Source of the DNA: Candidatus Woesearchaeota archaeon
GTDB lineage: Archaea; Nanobdellota; Nanobdellia; Pacearchaeales; GW2011-AR1
DNA length: 51,483 nt
Assembly (NCBI GenBank): GCA_964538235.1
Contig: CAZIFJ010000002.1
Location: forward strand, 1-51,483
Direction: 5' to 3'
In this document: piece after piece, positions 17,434 to 25,970 of the stretch
Layout: the number at the start of each line of letters is the position of its first letter
How positions within the stretch are numbered: position 1 is the stretch's first letter
Notes under the pieces: model-generated
The model's database searches: none
The model's input: the letters and a program-made list of their open reading frames with translations, nothing else
What the model was told of the DNA's origin: nothing
Translations under genes and position numbers: made by a program

Positions 17434-18615
17434 CTATTTTTTCAATGCGCGATCAAAAATATTTTTTAAATGAACAATTTTTTTATCAAATGAATATTTA
17501 TCTTTAAACATTTTTTGACATTCTCTGCTCATTTTTAATAATAGGGAGGGATTATTTATTAAAATCTCTGATTTTTTAGCAAGATTCTCTACTACTTTTT
17601 TATCTATGTTTAATATAGCTTCTGAAAAATTTTTTGATCTTACATTTGCTGGATAAGATGGTACATGTATTGGAATTCTATTTGATGGTTCAACATAAAA
17701 ACCTGTCTTTCCATTTACTATAAATTCTGACACTCCAAATGTATTTAGAGATATAATAGGTAAACCTTTCATAAATGATTCTAAAAAGGCCATAATAAAA
17801 TAGCCATAACCTGGCATTAATAAAATATCAGATTGTTCATAAATTTTTTTTAATTCTTCTATTGAAAGGTTTGATTCTAAAAAAGTAATATTTGGAATTT
17901 CTAAATAATTTCTCTTAATTTTCTCAGGAATTTTACATCTTATAATGAGCTTAATATTCTGGTATTTCTTTTTTAATAATTTAAAAGTTTCTAGTGCTTC
18001 TAAACCTCCCTTCATTAAAAACTCATCGGGATTGTTTATAGAGCCAATGAATAAAAAGGTTATTTCTCCTTCTCTTATCTTATTATTGGATTTTATTTCT
18101 TCGCTTGGTATGGCTGGATTAACTAATACTATTTTGTTGATTACTTTTTTTGAAAAATATTTTCTCATATAATATTTACAAAGTTTAGTATGAACAATAA
18201 TTCTTTTACAATATTTAGATGAAAGTGATTTTTCTATTTCAGATAAATTCTTTATAAAAACATTGTAATCATTTCCAGCCATACAAAATGGAGTATCAAG
18301 TATCTTCATTATCCAAGGTTTTTTCTCTTTAATTACAACTCCTGTAGAAAGAATTAAATCTATATCTTTAGGTGCGGGGTCGTAGTATAATTTATTCAAG
18401 ATTCCAAAAACATTAAAAAAAGATTTTACAACATTTTTATAGAAAAGTGTTATGATTTTTGATTTTTTTAACAAATTAATAAATTTAGTTTTTTTATATT
18501 CTCTATTTAAAATAAATTTATATCCTCTAGGAGGTTTATTTATTAAACATTTCATATATGTATGAATAGGTAAATTAGGGTAGTATATTTTTTTTATTTG
18601 ATTTAAATTATTCAT
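17434..18615 (-). CDS. GT4-family (GT-B fold) glycosyltransferase
   Basis: C-terminal pattern LLMPGYGYF..AFLESFMKGLPIISLNTFGVSEFIVNGKTGFYV is typical of glycosyl transferase group 1. Confidence 0.72.
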   Translation of the reverse strand: MNNLNQIKKIYYPNLPIHTYMKCLINKPPRGYKFILNREYKKTKFINLLKKSKIITLFYKNVVKSFFNVFGILNKLYYDPAPKDIDLILSTGVVIKEKKPWIMKILDTPFCMAGNDYNVFIKNLSEIEKSLSSKYCKRIIVHTKLCKYYMRKYFSKKVINKIVLVNPAIPSEEIKSNNKIREGEITFLFIGSINNPDEFLMKGGLEALETFKLLKKKYQNIKLIIRCKIPEKIKRNYLEIPNITFLESNLSIEELKKIYEQSDILLMPGYGYFIMAFLESFMKGLPIISLNTFGVSEFIVNGKTGFYVEPSNRIPIHVPSYPANVRSKNFSEAILNIDKKVVENLAKKSEILINNPSLLLKMSRECQKMFKDKYSFDKKIVHLKNIFDRALKK

Positions 18616-18651
18616 ATTATTGAACTAAATCCACATTTATATTCTTTTATA

Positions 18652-19083
18652 TTAATTTTTTATGAAAAATTTGTCTTTTTCTTTACCATAATAGGGGCCA
18701 TTTTTTAATTCATAAAAGAAAACATCATTTGTAAGTATTTTTATCCCATGCCCTCCGCCTAAATATACATAACAATCTCCAGGATTTAGTATTTCTTTAG
18801 CTATTAATTTATCATCAAGGTCATACATTTCTACTTCTATACTTCCACTTATCAACACAAACATTTCTTGTGTTTTTTTAATATTTCTATCTTGCGGCAG
18901 ATGTCTATGTGGGCCGCTAAAAGCGTGTCCTATGGGAAAATAAACTCCTGCAGCGACTTGTAAACACGCCTTATCTGGAACAAAAAAGTTCATTTTCCCT
19001 AATTCTCCCTCTCCATATCGATAAATTACATGGATAAGAATTTTAGGATTAATTTTTGAAAATATATTTTGCATAAAGTACAA
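18652..19083 (-). CDS. Cupin-domain protein (WbuC-like, polysaccharide-cluster associated)
   Basis: 143 aa. HRHLPQDRN..EMFVLISGSIEVEMYD..GDCYVYLGGGHGIKIL is a cupin motif pattern. Confidence 0.6.
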   Translation of the reverse strand: MYFMQNIFSKINPKILIHVIYRYGEGELGKMNFFVPDKACLQVAAGVYFPIGHAFSGPHRHLPQDRNIKKTQEMFVLISGSIEVEMYDLDDKLIAKEILNPGDCYVYLGGGHGIKILTNDVFFYELKNGPYYGKEKDKFFIKN

Positions 19084-19110
19084 TAAAATCGAAGATTTAT
19101 AAATATTTCA

Positions 19111-19197
19111 TAACGCTCGTTAAATCCGTGGGCTTTTAGCCTGTGGTTTGTTCGCCGCGGATTTCTCGGCTGCCACAAAACCCACAGGTTTTGTGAC
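19111..19197 (-). repeat. Type A repeat, short form (87 nt, lacks the inner hairpin of unit 1), inverted relative to 4-126
   Basis: The reverse complement reads gtcacaaaacc-tgtg-ggttttgtg-gcagccgagaaatccgcggcgaacaaac-cacaggc-taaaa-gcccacgg-atttaacgagcgtta. It lies between divergent gene starts 19083(-) and 19242(+). Confidence 0.8.
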
Positions 19198-19212
19198 TTT
19201 TATGAATATATA

Positions 19213-19219
19213 TTTAAAC
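19213..19219 (+). promoter_or_regulatory. Putative TATA box
   Basis: atatttaaac ends 23 nt upstream of ATG 19242 and lies directly downstream of the repeat. Confidence 0.45.
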
Positions 19220-19241
19220 TAACTTTAATCTTATTTTTTTA

Positions 19242-20870
19242 ATGAAAAAAAGAAAATTACTTTTTGCTGCATGGTCATGTAATAATCCTAAATATTATGC
19301 TTACTCAACTTGGAATACTCCCTTAAGAAATATTTTTCAAGAAGTTATAAGTTTTGATCCTCAAGAAGAAACTTATAGATATGGAAAGGAGATTATGAAT
19401 AAAAAATTCATAGAAATAATTAAATTAGAGAAACCCGATTATGTTTTTTTATGGCTGATTTATGAAGAGTTTTATATAGACACATTGTTAAAAATTAAAG
19501 AAATCTCTCCGAAGACAAAGATAATAAATTATTGTGGAGATGACGATATTCTATTTAGCACATATTCTATTTTTTATTCACTGTTTATAGATTATTTTTT
19601 CGTAACCCATCCTGAATTTATCCCAAAATATCTCAATAAGGCTTTTCTTTCTCAAGCCACGAACACAGAAATCTTTAAGCCATTAGATGTTAAAAAAAAA
19701 TATGACGTTACTTTTATCGGAACTCCTAAGGGAAACAGAATCTCTTTTATGAAATATTTAATTGATAATGGAATTAAAGTTAGGGTTTTTGGATCGGGCT
19801 GGAATAATTTTCCAGAATTTAAAGATCATTATGGCGGATTTATTGATTTAGAAAATTTTGCTAAAGTAATAAATCAAACAAGAGTTAATATTTGCTTCAC
19901 TAAAAATTACGAAGGCAGTTCTCATATTAACCAACATCCGTTTGAGGTTGCTGCATGCAACGCAATAAGCCTTGTTGAAAATAGTCCGGGTTTTTTAAAA
20001 TTATATAAAAAAGATAAAGAAATAATTACTTTTTCTTCTCAAGAAGAGTTATTAGAAAAAGTAAAATATTATTTAAGTCATCAAGAAGAAGGGAAGAAAA
20101 TCTCCCACGCAGCTTATGAAAGAACAATTAAGGACTTGTCAAAAACAAAAGAATTTGAAAAAATCTTTAAACAAATTTTTTCTGATGAAAAAAAAATTCC
20201 GAACAACCTCCAAAAACTGAAAGAAAAAGCATTTCCTCTGTCTGAGAAAGACTTGCTTATTAAAGTTGATGAATTAATCAAAAAATTAAAAGATTATGGC
20301 TATGTTTATTTTAAAACAAAGAACGGCAAATCTCTAAAATATAAAAAATACTTCTCAATCTTAGCTCTTAAATATTCAAGAAAACAAATTTGTTGCTCAG
20401 ATTATTATGTTTATTCTAATAAGATTGGAGATTATCTTGCATTATACATCTATTTAGCATTCAAGAAACTTAACGAAAAGCAATTTCGATCTCTTTTAAT
20501 TTTGGATCAAATGATGGTTACGAAGGAATTTTTTTTGAATAATATAGAAAAATTCAAGGAATTTTTTTCTGGCTCAAAAATTAATATTATCAATGAAAAA
20601 AATACGGCATTTATTACAATCCCTCTTGCAAGAACTAATAAAATCCCAAATATTGATTTTGAAACAATAAAAAAAATCATTTGGTCAAAATTTGAAATTA
20701 ATATTAAGTCTTTAATTCATCAGAAAAAAATTTTTACAGACCCCTATTTATTCCACTTAATAACTGAATATCTTAAAGGAAATACTTTTGTACTTAAGTA
20801 TTTAGCAGAAAAATTGATGAGTAAAACCAAGCCTGAAATAATTACCTATTTTTTGAAACTGAAAAATTAA
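19242..20870 (+). CDS. CgeB-like glycosyltransferase with an uncharacterised C-terminal extension of about 220 aa
   Basis: YDVTFIGTPKGNRISFMKYLIDNGIKVRVFGSGW...NICF...FEVAACNAISLVE resembles the CgeB/YkvP-type GT domain as I recall it. The C-terminal part has no recognisable motif. Confidence 0.5.
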   Translation: MKKRKLLFAAWSCNNPKYYAYSTWNTPLRNIFQEVISFDPQEETYRYGKEIMNKKFIEIIKLEKPDYVFLWLIYEEFYIDTLLKIKEISPKTKIINYCGDDDILFSTYSIFYSLFIDYFFVTHPEFIPKYLNKAFLSQATNTEIFKPLDVKKKYDVTFIGTPKGNRISFMKYLIDNGIKVRVFGSGWNNFPEFKDHYGGFIDLENFAKVINQTRVNICFTKNYEGSSHINQHPFEVAACNAISLVENSPGFLKLYKKDKEIITFSSQEELLEKVKYYLSHQEEGKKISHAAYERTIKDLSKTKEFEKIFKQIFSDEKKIPNNLQKLKEKAFPLSEKDLLIKVDELIKKLKDYGYVYFKTKNGKSLKYKKYFSILALKYSRKQICCSDYYVYSNKIGDYLALYIYLAFKKLNEKQFRSLLILDQMMVTKEFFLNNIEKFKEFFSGSKINIINEKNTAFITIPLARTNKIPNIDFETIKKIIWSKFEINIKSLIHQKKIFTDPYLFHLITEYLKGNTFVLKYLAEKLMSKTKPEIITYFLKLKN

Positions 20871-21666
20871 TAAAAGATTCATCCAAGAAAAACTTTTTTA
20901 TGAAATCTATTTTCATAAGAGAATTAAAATCAGCCGACATATTTTGAAATATTGTAATATATCCAACTAAATCTGGATGTGCTACCTCTTTTTTGAAAAT
21001 TTCTTCTCCATAATTCGGAAATAAGAGGTTATATCTATTTTTTTTTGAAATATTTGGTAGAACTATCTCTATAGAACATTCTTTATCCTCATACTCATCA
21101 AAAACAAATCGAGTATCATTTGGTACTTTAAAATCATCAATGACAATCAGAGCAGACTTTAAATTATTAGAAATTATTCGAAGCTCTTGTTCTAATGGCC
21201 ATTCATCAAGCCAGTGAGCATCTAAATAGAATAAAGTTTTATTTGTTAAAATATTTTTTTCACATAATTCTTTTAAAAATTCTGGAGAGCTTTGATTAAA
21301 AACCCAAACGTTATTAAATTGCTTTAAATATTTTTTTGCTTTTTTATAATTAAAAGTATCAATTTCACAAGTGTATATTTTAACATTCGGGAACATTTGT
21401 GCGAAAAGAGCTGTGGTAAATCCTCTGAATGTTCCAGTTTCAACGATCACATCAATTTTAAATTTCTCAACCAATCTTTTGAATAATTCTATTGCTATTG
21501 GATCTCCGTGCAAAGTAAATTTATATGGGGCAGTTTTCCAAATTATCTTTCCTATTTTTATTTTTAATTTTCTTAACAAAGTAAACTTTTTCAATTTCTG
21601 ATATGCATTGCTTTTTGTAAATTTTTTATAAATACCTCTAAAAAAATTTTTTAATCGACCAAACAT
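20842..21666 (-). CDS. Class I methyltransferase-fold protein (TylF/CmcI-like)
   Basis: VIVETGTFRGFTTALFAQMFPNVKIYTCEID...LIVIDDF. Its convergent 3' end overlaps the upstream gene by 29 nt. Confidence 0.55.
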   Translation of the reverse strand: MFGRLKNFFRGIYKKFTKSNAYQKLKKFTLLRKLKIKIGKIIWKTAPYKFTLHGDPIAIELFKRLVEKFKIDVIVETGTFRGFTTALFAQMFPNVKIYTCEIDTFNYKKAKKYLKQFNNVWVFNQSSPEFLKELCEKNILTNKTLFYLDAHWLDEWPLEQELRIISNNLKSALIVIDDFKVPNDTRFVFDEYEDKECSIEIVLPNISKKNRYNLLFPNYGEEIFKKEVAHPDLVGYITIFQNMSADFNSLMKIDFIKKFFLDESFINFSVSKNR

Positions 21667-21766
21667 TTTTTTACATGATTTTGTGTATTTTTAATTATTG
21701 CGACTCTTATGTATATTCTTTATTTGATCATAAAAAGTTTTTTAAATAAAGACTACGTCTTTTTCA

Positions 21767-22612
21767 ATGCCTATTGTAAAAGGAAGTAAGCTAAATAGTA
21801 ATCCTAAAGTTTCTGCAGTAATAGCTGCCTATAATGAAGAAATTCATCTGCCTGCATGTATAGAATCTTTACTTAAACAAAGTTATAAAAAAATAGAGAT
21901 TATTGTGGTTGAAAATGGGGAATCGAAAGACAAAACTTTTCAAATTGCGAAAGAATACGAAAAAAAATATCCTAAAAAAATTTTCGCTTTAAGTATTTCA
22001 GGTAAGCAAAAAGGTCCTGGAAATGCATGGAATTTTGGAATTAGAAAAGCAAAAGGAGAGATTATTCTTATAGTGGGGGCTGATCTTAGGTATGGTAAAG
22101 AATATATTAGAAAAGGAATTAAACCAATTATTAATGGAGATACTGTAGCAATAATGCATACAGAAGAAAAATGTGATAATGCAAAAAATCTTTGGGCAAG
22201 AGCTTTTTTTTATAAGAGAAGTTCTATACTTAAGCCAGGATTAAGCAGGATTTTTTCTCTTATAAGAAAAGATTATATAAGAAAACATCCGTTTAATCCA
22301 GAAGAGGGTTATGGTGACGATCAAACTATTTATCTTCAACAAGGAGCAGAATTTCCTGTTTTTAATTTAGAAGTTTATCATACTAATCCTGCAACTTTTG
22401 CAGATACTTGGAGTCATAGTCTTTGGGTTGGTCGTTCTATAAAAAATTCTTGGCTAATTATATTAATTCTTCCAATTTTTCCTTTTTACTCTTTATACAA
22501 AACTATAAAACATCTAAGAATAGATCCTTATTCCCCATTTATATTTTTTCTTCCTTTTTATTATTCTATTCGTTATTTTGCCTATTTGCTTGAAGCTTTT
22601 AAATCTTTTTAA
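21767..22612 (+). CDS. GT2 glycosyltransferase with C-terminal TM segments
   Basis: VSAVIAAYNEEIHLPACIESLLKQSY..IEIIVVENGESKDKT...LIVGADL. Confidence 0.78.
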   Translation: MPIVKGSKLNSNPKVSAVIAAYNEEIHLPACIESLLKQSYKKIEIIVVENGESKDKTFQIAKEYEKKYPKKIFALSISGKQKGPGNAWNFGIRKAKGEIILIVGADLRYGKEYIRKGIKPIINGDTVAIMHTEEKCDNAKNLWARAFFYKRSSILKPGLSRIFSLIRKDYIRKHPFNPEEGYGDDQTIYLQQGAEFPVFNLEVYHTNPATFADTWSHSLWVGRSIKNSWLIILILPIFPFYSLYKTIKHLRIDPYSPFIFFLPFYYSIRYFAYLLEAFKSF

Positions 22613-23720
22613 AAAAACTTCTTATAAATGTTGATATATATTCTAATTCAGAAGAACTCATAAATGGAAACAAAGGTAAGGAAAGCCCTCTATTTGACCA
22701 ATCTTCAGATATTGGAAAACTTCCTTTTTGATATTCAAGAAAAAGGAAAGGTTTTTGTAAGTGAATTGGAACTGGGTAATGAATACCTGTCTCTATTCCA
22801 TTTTGAAATAAATAATTTCTAAGTTCGTCCCGATAGTCGGTCTTTATAACAAATAAATGATATATATGCTCGTTTTTAGAATCTTTTTTTGGTAACTCTA
22901 TAGCATCTATTTTTTCAAGTCTTTCCGATAATTCTTGTGCAGATTTTTTTCTTGATAAATTCCATTCATCAAGTTTAGAAAGCTTAACAGAAAGTATAGC
23001 TGCTTGTAAGCCATCCATCCTTTTATTAGAGCCAATCACTTCATGATCATTTTTTTTAATTTGCCCATAATTTTGTAGAATCTTAATCTTTTTAATTAAT
23101 TCTTTTTCTTTTGAGACCACTATTCCTGCATCTCCAAAGGCGCCAAGATTTTTTCCGGGATACATACTAAAAGCGGCAGCAGTAGATTGTTGTCCTGGGT
23201 GTAAACCATTCCTTAAAGCACCATGAGCTTGTGCAGCGTCTTCTACAATATATATTTCATTTTTGCTTGGCAAATAATTGTAAATTTTCTCAATTTCTAC
23301 TTGTTGCCCATAAAGATGTACTGGAATAATTGCTTTCGTTCTTAAATTAATAAGTTTTTCTAATTTCGAAATATTCATTAAACCAGTATCACTATTTACA
23401 TCAACTAAAACCGGTCGCGCTCCTACAGAACATATAGCGGCAACAGTTGCATTAAATGTATTAGCTTGAGTTATGACTTCATCACCTTCTTTTATGTTTA
23501 AAGAAGATAAAATAAGTGTAAGAGCATCTAATCCATTTGAAACTCCCACAGCATTTTCAGAACTGCTAAAACCACAATATTGAGAAAAAAGTTTCTCAAA
23601 CCGAGCTACTTCTTCTCCTAAAATAAATGCATTATTGCTAATAACTCTATTCCAAACAAAGTCTAATTCTTTCTTTAAAGGTTCATGTATTCTTGTAAGA
23701 TCGTTAAATGGTATTTTCAT
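22599..23720 (-). CDS. DegT/DnrJ/EryC1-family PLP-dependent sugar aminotransferase (WbpE-like)
   Basis: NAFILGEEVARFEKLFSQYCG, GVSNGLDALTL, IPVHLYGQ, EDAAQAHGA, FSMYPGKNLGAFGDAG (PLP lysine context). Confidence 0.88.
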   Translation of the reverse strand: MKIPFNDLTRIHEPLKKELDFVWNRVISNNAFILGEEVARFEKLFSQYCGFSSSENAVGVSNGLDALTLILSSLNIKEGDEVITQANTFNATVAAICSVGARPVLVDVNSDTGLMNISKLEKLINLRTKAIIPVHLYGQQVEIEKIYNYLPSKNEIYIVEDAAQAHGALRNGLHPGQQSTAAAFSMYPGKNLGAFGDAGIVVSKEKELIKKIKILQNYGQIKKNDHEVIGSNKRMDGLQAAILSVKLSKLDEWNLSRKKSAQELSERLEKIDAIELPKKDSKNEHIYHLFVIKTDYRDELRNYLFQNGIETGIHYPVPIHLQKPFLFLEYQKGSFPISEDWSNRGLSLPLFPFMSSSELEYISTFIRSFFKKI

Positions 23721-24205
23721 TTCTTTTTTGCAGGATTCCCGTAAACAATTTCATGAGAATTAACATTTTTTGTGACTACACTTCCAGCACCTATAAAAGC
23801 CCTTTTACCGATTCGTATTCCAGGAAGAAGAGTTACATTTCCCCCAATACAAACTTCATCTTCAACAATAACAGCTTCCAGATTCCAAGTTTTTTTTAAA
23901 GTTTTTTCTACACTAGGATGTTTATCATTTAAAAAAGTTACTCTTGGTCCTACAAAAACATTATTGCCTATAATTGTGCCTTCACAAACAAATAAATAAG
24001 ATTGAAACCTACAATTATTGCCTATAATTGCTCCCTCCTTTATCTCGCTATAGCTACCTATACTTGTATTTTCTCCAACTTTACATCCATATAAGTTACA
24101 AAAATGCCAAATTCTAGAATCTTTTCCTATACTACAATCTTCTCTTATTAAAGAGTTTTTACCTATAGAATATTTTTTCTTATTAAAATAATTTGAAAAT
24201 ATCAT
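23717..24205 (-). CDS. Hexapeptide-repeat (left-handed beta-helix) sugar N-acetyltransferase (WbpD-like)
   Basis: Repeated [LIV]G..... hexapeptides (IGKNSLI, IGKDSRI, VGENTSIG, IGNNCRF, IGNNVFVG, IGGNVTL, IGKRAFIGAGSVV). 4-nt overlaps with both neighbours. Confidence 0.85.
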   Translation of the reverse strand: MIFSNYFNKKKYSIGKNSLIREDCSIGKDSRIWHFCNLYGCKVGENTSIGSYSEIKEGAIIGNNCRFQSYLFVCEGTIIGNNVFVGPRVTFLNDKHPSVEKTLKKTWNLEAVIVEDEVCIGGNVTLLPGIRIGKRAFIGAGSVVTKNVNSHEIVYGNPAKKK

Positions 24206-25206
24206 GAGATTGTAACCTGAGCGCCCCCATTTTGACGAGATTTTTCACAAGCTTCCAAAATTTTAACTGTTATCAAACCTTCTAGTCCAGAACTATTACA
24301 TTTCTCCAATGGGTTATTAATACATTCAATAAAGTGATTAAACTCCATTAATAATGGTTCCTTTATTTTTAATTTTGGAATATAAACATCTCCATCTCTA
24401 ATAGATGCTTGAAAATCTGAATACTCTCCGGTTTTTGGTTGGTAATCTACTCCTTTATCAAAAACTATTATTTTATTATCTATCTGGATGTCATCAAACT
24501 TAATAGCTTTTTTATTTCCACCAACTATAATTTGACGTTCTTTTGTTGCATGCTCCCAACTTGCATAAATTGTAGCAAATAATTTTTCTGGAAAGTTTAA
24601 AGATAATGCCACAATGTCATCTAAATAGCCATTATGAGAAATACCGTTACAATTTACTGAAACAGGATTTTTTCCTGCTAATAAACGAGTAATATAAATA
24701 TCATGAGATACCAAATCCCAAAGAGCGCTTACGTCAGTTCTTATTGGTCCTAGTCCTACTCTTCTACATTCAATATAACGAATTTCACCCAAATCGCCTC
24801 TTTGAATAGATTCTTTCATATACTGAATGCCTGAATTAAATCTAAATATTTCACCAACCATTAATATTACTCCTTTTTCTTTTGAAATTCTACAAAGATC
24901 TTCTGCTTCACCTAAATTAGGAGTAAGAGGTTTTTCTACTAATACATGCTTTCCATATTCAAGAAAATCTTTTGTTAATGAATAATGCGTTGATGTTGGA
25001 GTGGCGATTACTACTGCATCTAGATTTTTATCAGATAACATCTCATTATAATCTTCTACAAAAATAGTTTTGGGAGACATACGCAATCCTTCAGGTTCTC
25101 CTTTCAAATCAGAAATATACATAAAATTTACCAAAGAATTTTCTCCGATTATTCTCACATAATTTTTTCCCCAATAGCCACAGCCCACTAATCCAATATT
25201 AAGCAT
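24202..25206 (-). CDS. Gfo/Idh/MocA-family NAD-dependent sugar oxidoreductase (WbpB-like)
   Basis: MLNIGLVGCGYWGKNY Rossmann N-terminus, VVIATPTSTHY, HVLVEKPL. First gene of a three-gene overlapping operon. Confidence 0.85.
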   Translation of the reverse strand: MLNIGLVGCGYWGKNYVRIIGENSLVNFMYISDLKGEPEGLRMSPKTIFVEDYNEMLSDKNLDAVVIATPTSTHYSLTKDFLEYGKHVLVEKPLTPNLGEAEDLCRISKEKGVILMVGEIFRFNSGIQYMKESIQRGDLGEIRYIECRRVGLGPIRTDVSALWDLVSHDIYITRLLAGKNPVSVNCNGISHNGYLDDIVALSLNFPEKLFATIYASWEHATKERQIIVGGNKKAIKFDDIQIDNKIIVFDKGVDYQPKTGEYSDFQASIRDGDVYIPKLKIKEPLLMEFNHFIECINNPLEKCNSSGLEGLITVKILEACEKSRQNGGAQVTIS

Positions 25207-25314
25207 TTCTTTCTAAATATTATTGTTTTTTAAACATTTCTATTTTTTTAACTTTAGAGTTAATAATAAATATGTGAATGATATAATTTAACTCTCTTTA
25301 ATGTTACAATGCAA

Positions 25315-25789
25315 AGTAGTAATGTAATAAAAGTTGACGAAGCAATCAAGATAGAATCCCTAAAAGTAGAATTATTTGGAACTGGAAAGGCTTCAAGAAA
25401 ATCTCTTTATGTCACAGCACGTGAAAACCTCGCCTTTTAAGGCGAGGCGTGCCGTGAGCATCCAAAAAACAAGTGCCAATCAAACCACACCTTAAAAGGT
25501 GTGGTGGCACATTGTTTTTTTGATATTAAAGATGCTGCAAGGGAGTGTTATTCTTGCACTAAAAAATTATAAAAAATCTGAGCCGATTAATTTAGGTTTA
25601 GGAGAAGAAATAACTATCTGCGCACTTGCTCAAAAAATAAAAGAATTCATGAAATTTAATGGAAAGATTATTAGGGATACAATGAAACCAGAAGGTCCTT
25701 TGAGAAGATGTTTAGATAATACAAGGGCAAAAAAAGATATAGGATTTAAACCACGTATTAAACTAGAAGAGGTCTTAGAGAAACAGTAA
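25315..25789 (+). pseudogene. 5'-truncated, repeat-interrupted and frameshifted remnant of a second GDP-fucose synthase (fcl paralog)
   Basis: Frame 1 reads SNVIKVDEAIKIESLKVELFGTGKASRKSLYV, then the 114-nt repeat, then DIKDAAR. Homology then continues in another frame as GSVILALKNY...KPEGPLRRCLDNTRAKKDIGFKP. All of this is collinear with residues about 190-305 of the intact fcl (SHVIPSLIKKFDEA..IEIWGGGNVSREFLYVEDAAKGIILAIKNY..KPEGQLRRCLDSTKCIKKIGFSP). Confidence 0.8.
25411..25524 (-). repeat. Type B nested-hairpin mosaic repeat, short form (114 nt), inserted in the fcl pseudogene
   Basis: gtcacagcacg-tgaaaa-cctcgcc-ttttaa-ggcgagg-cgtgccgtg, agcatccaaaaaa, caagtgcca-atcaaa-ccacacc-ttaaaa-ggtgtgg-tggcacattg, tttttttgat. 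It is the reverse complement of 17241-17417 minus the 63-nt block. Confidence 0.88.
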
Positions 25790-25804
25790 AATGGTATTTA
25801 GAAA

Positions 25805-25918
25805 ATCAAAAAGTCTTTGCGTTTACTCCACACTAAAGTGTGGAGTTTGTTCGAGACTTTTGGATGCTCAAGATTCAACTCCATGCTAAAGCATGGAGTT
25901 TTAGTCAAGAATCTTGAC
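25805..25918 (+). repeat. Type C nested-hairpin mosaic repeat (114 nt)
   Basis: atcaaaaagtct-ttgcgtttac-tccacac-taaa-gtgtgga-gtttgttcg-agacttt, linker tggatgctc, then aagattc-aa-ctccatgc-taaa-gcatggag-ttttagtca-agaatctt-gac. It shares termini and linker with types B and D. 25824-25853 is identical to 10331-10360. Confidence 0.85.
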
Positions 25919-25970
25919 ATAAAGAAAAATTATAGATGATTTTATAACAATTTTAGTTTGGATACTAAGA

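Noticed and set aside
17237-17507. Two predicted small ORFs (17237-17431 minus, 17286-17507 plus) in the gap between the C-methyltransferase and GT4 genes
   Set aside because: Both lie almost entirely within the type B hairpin repeat. Their peptides are just translations of palindromic GC-rich stems, and there is no promoter spacing or homolog logic to support them. Treated as artefacts.
25499-25789. The ORF-track CDS of 96 aa as an independent gene
   Set aside because: Its GTG start and first 9 codons are repeat sequence. The rest is the out-of-frame C-terminal piece of an fcl paralog whose upstream part continues before the repeat. Annotated as a pseudogene instead.
25909-25920. TTGACA / GTGACA motifs at the repeat termini as bacterial -35 promoter boxes
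   Set aside because: The gene content and TATA-box spacing indicate an archaeon. The motif is part of the conserved element terminus ATGTC(A/G) read on the other strand, and no -10 partner occurs at the proper spacing.
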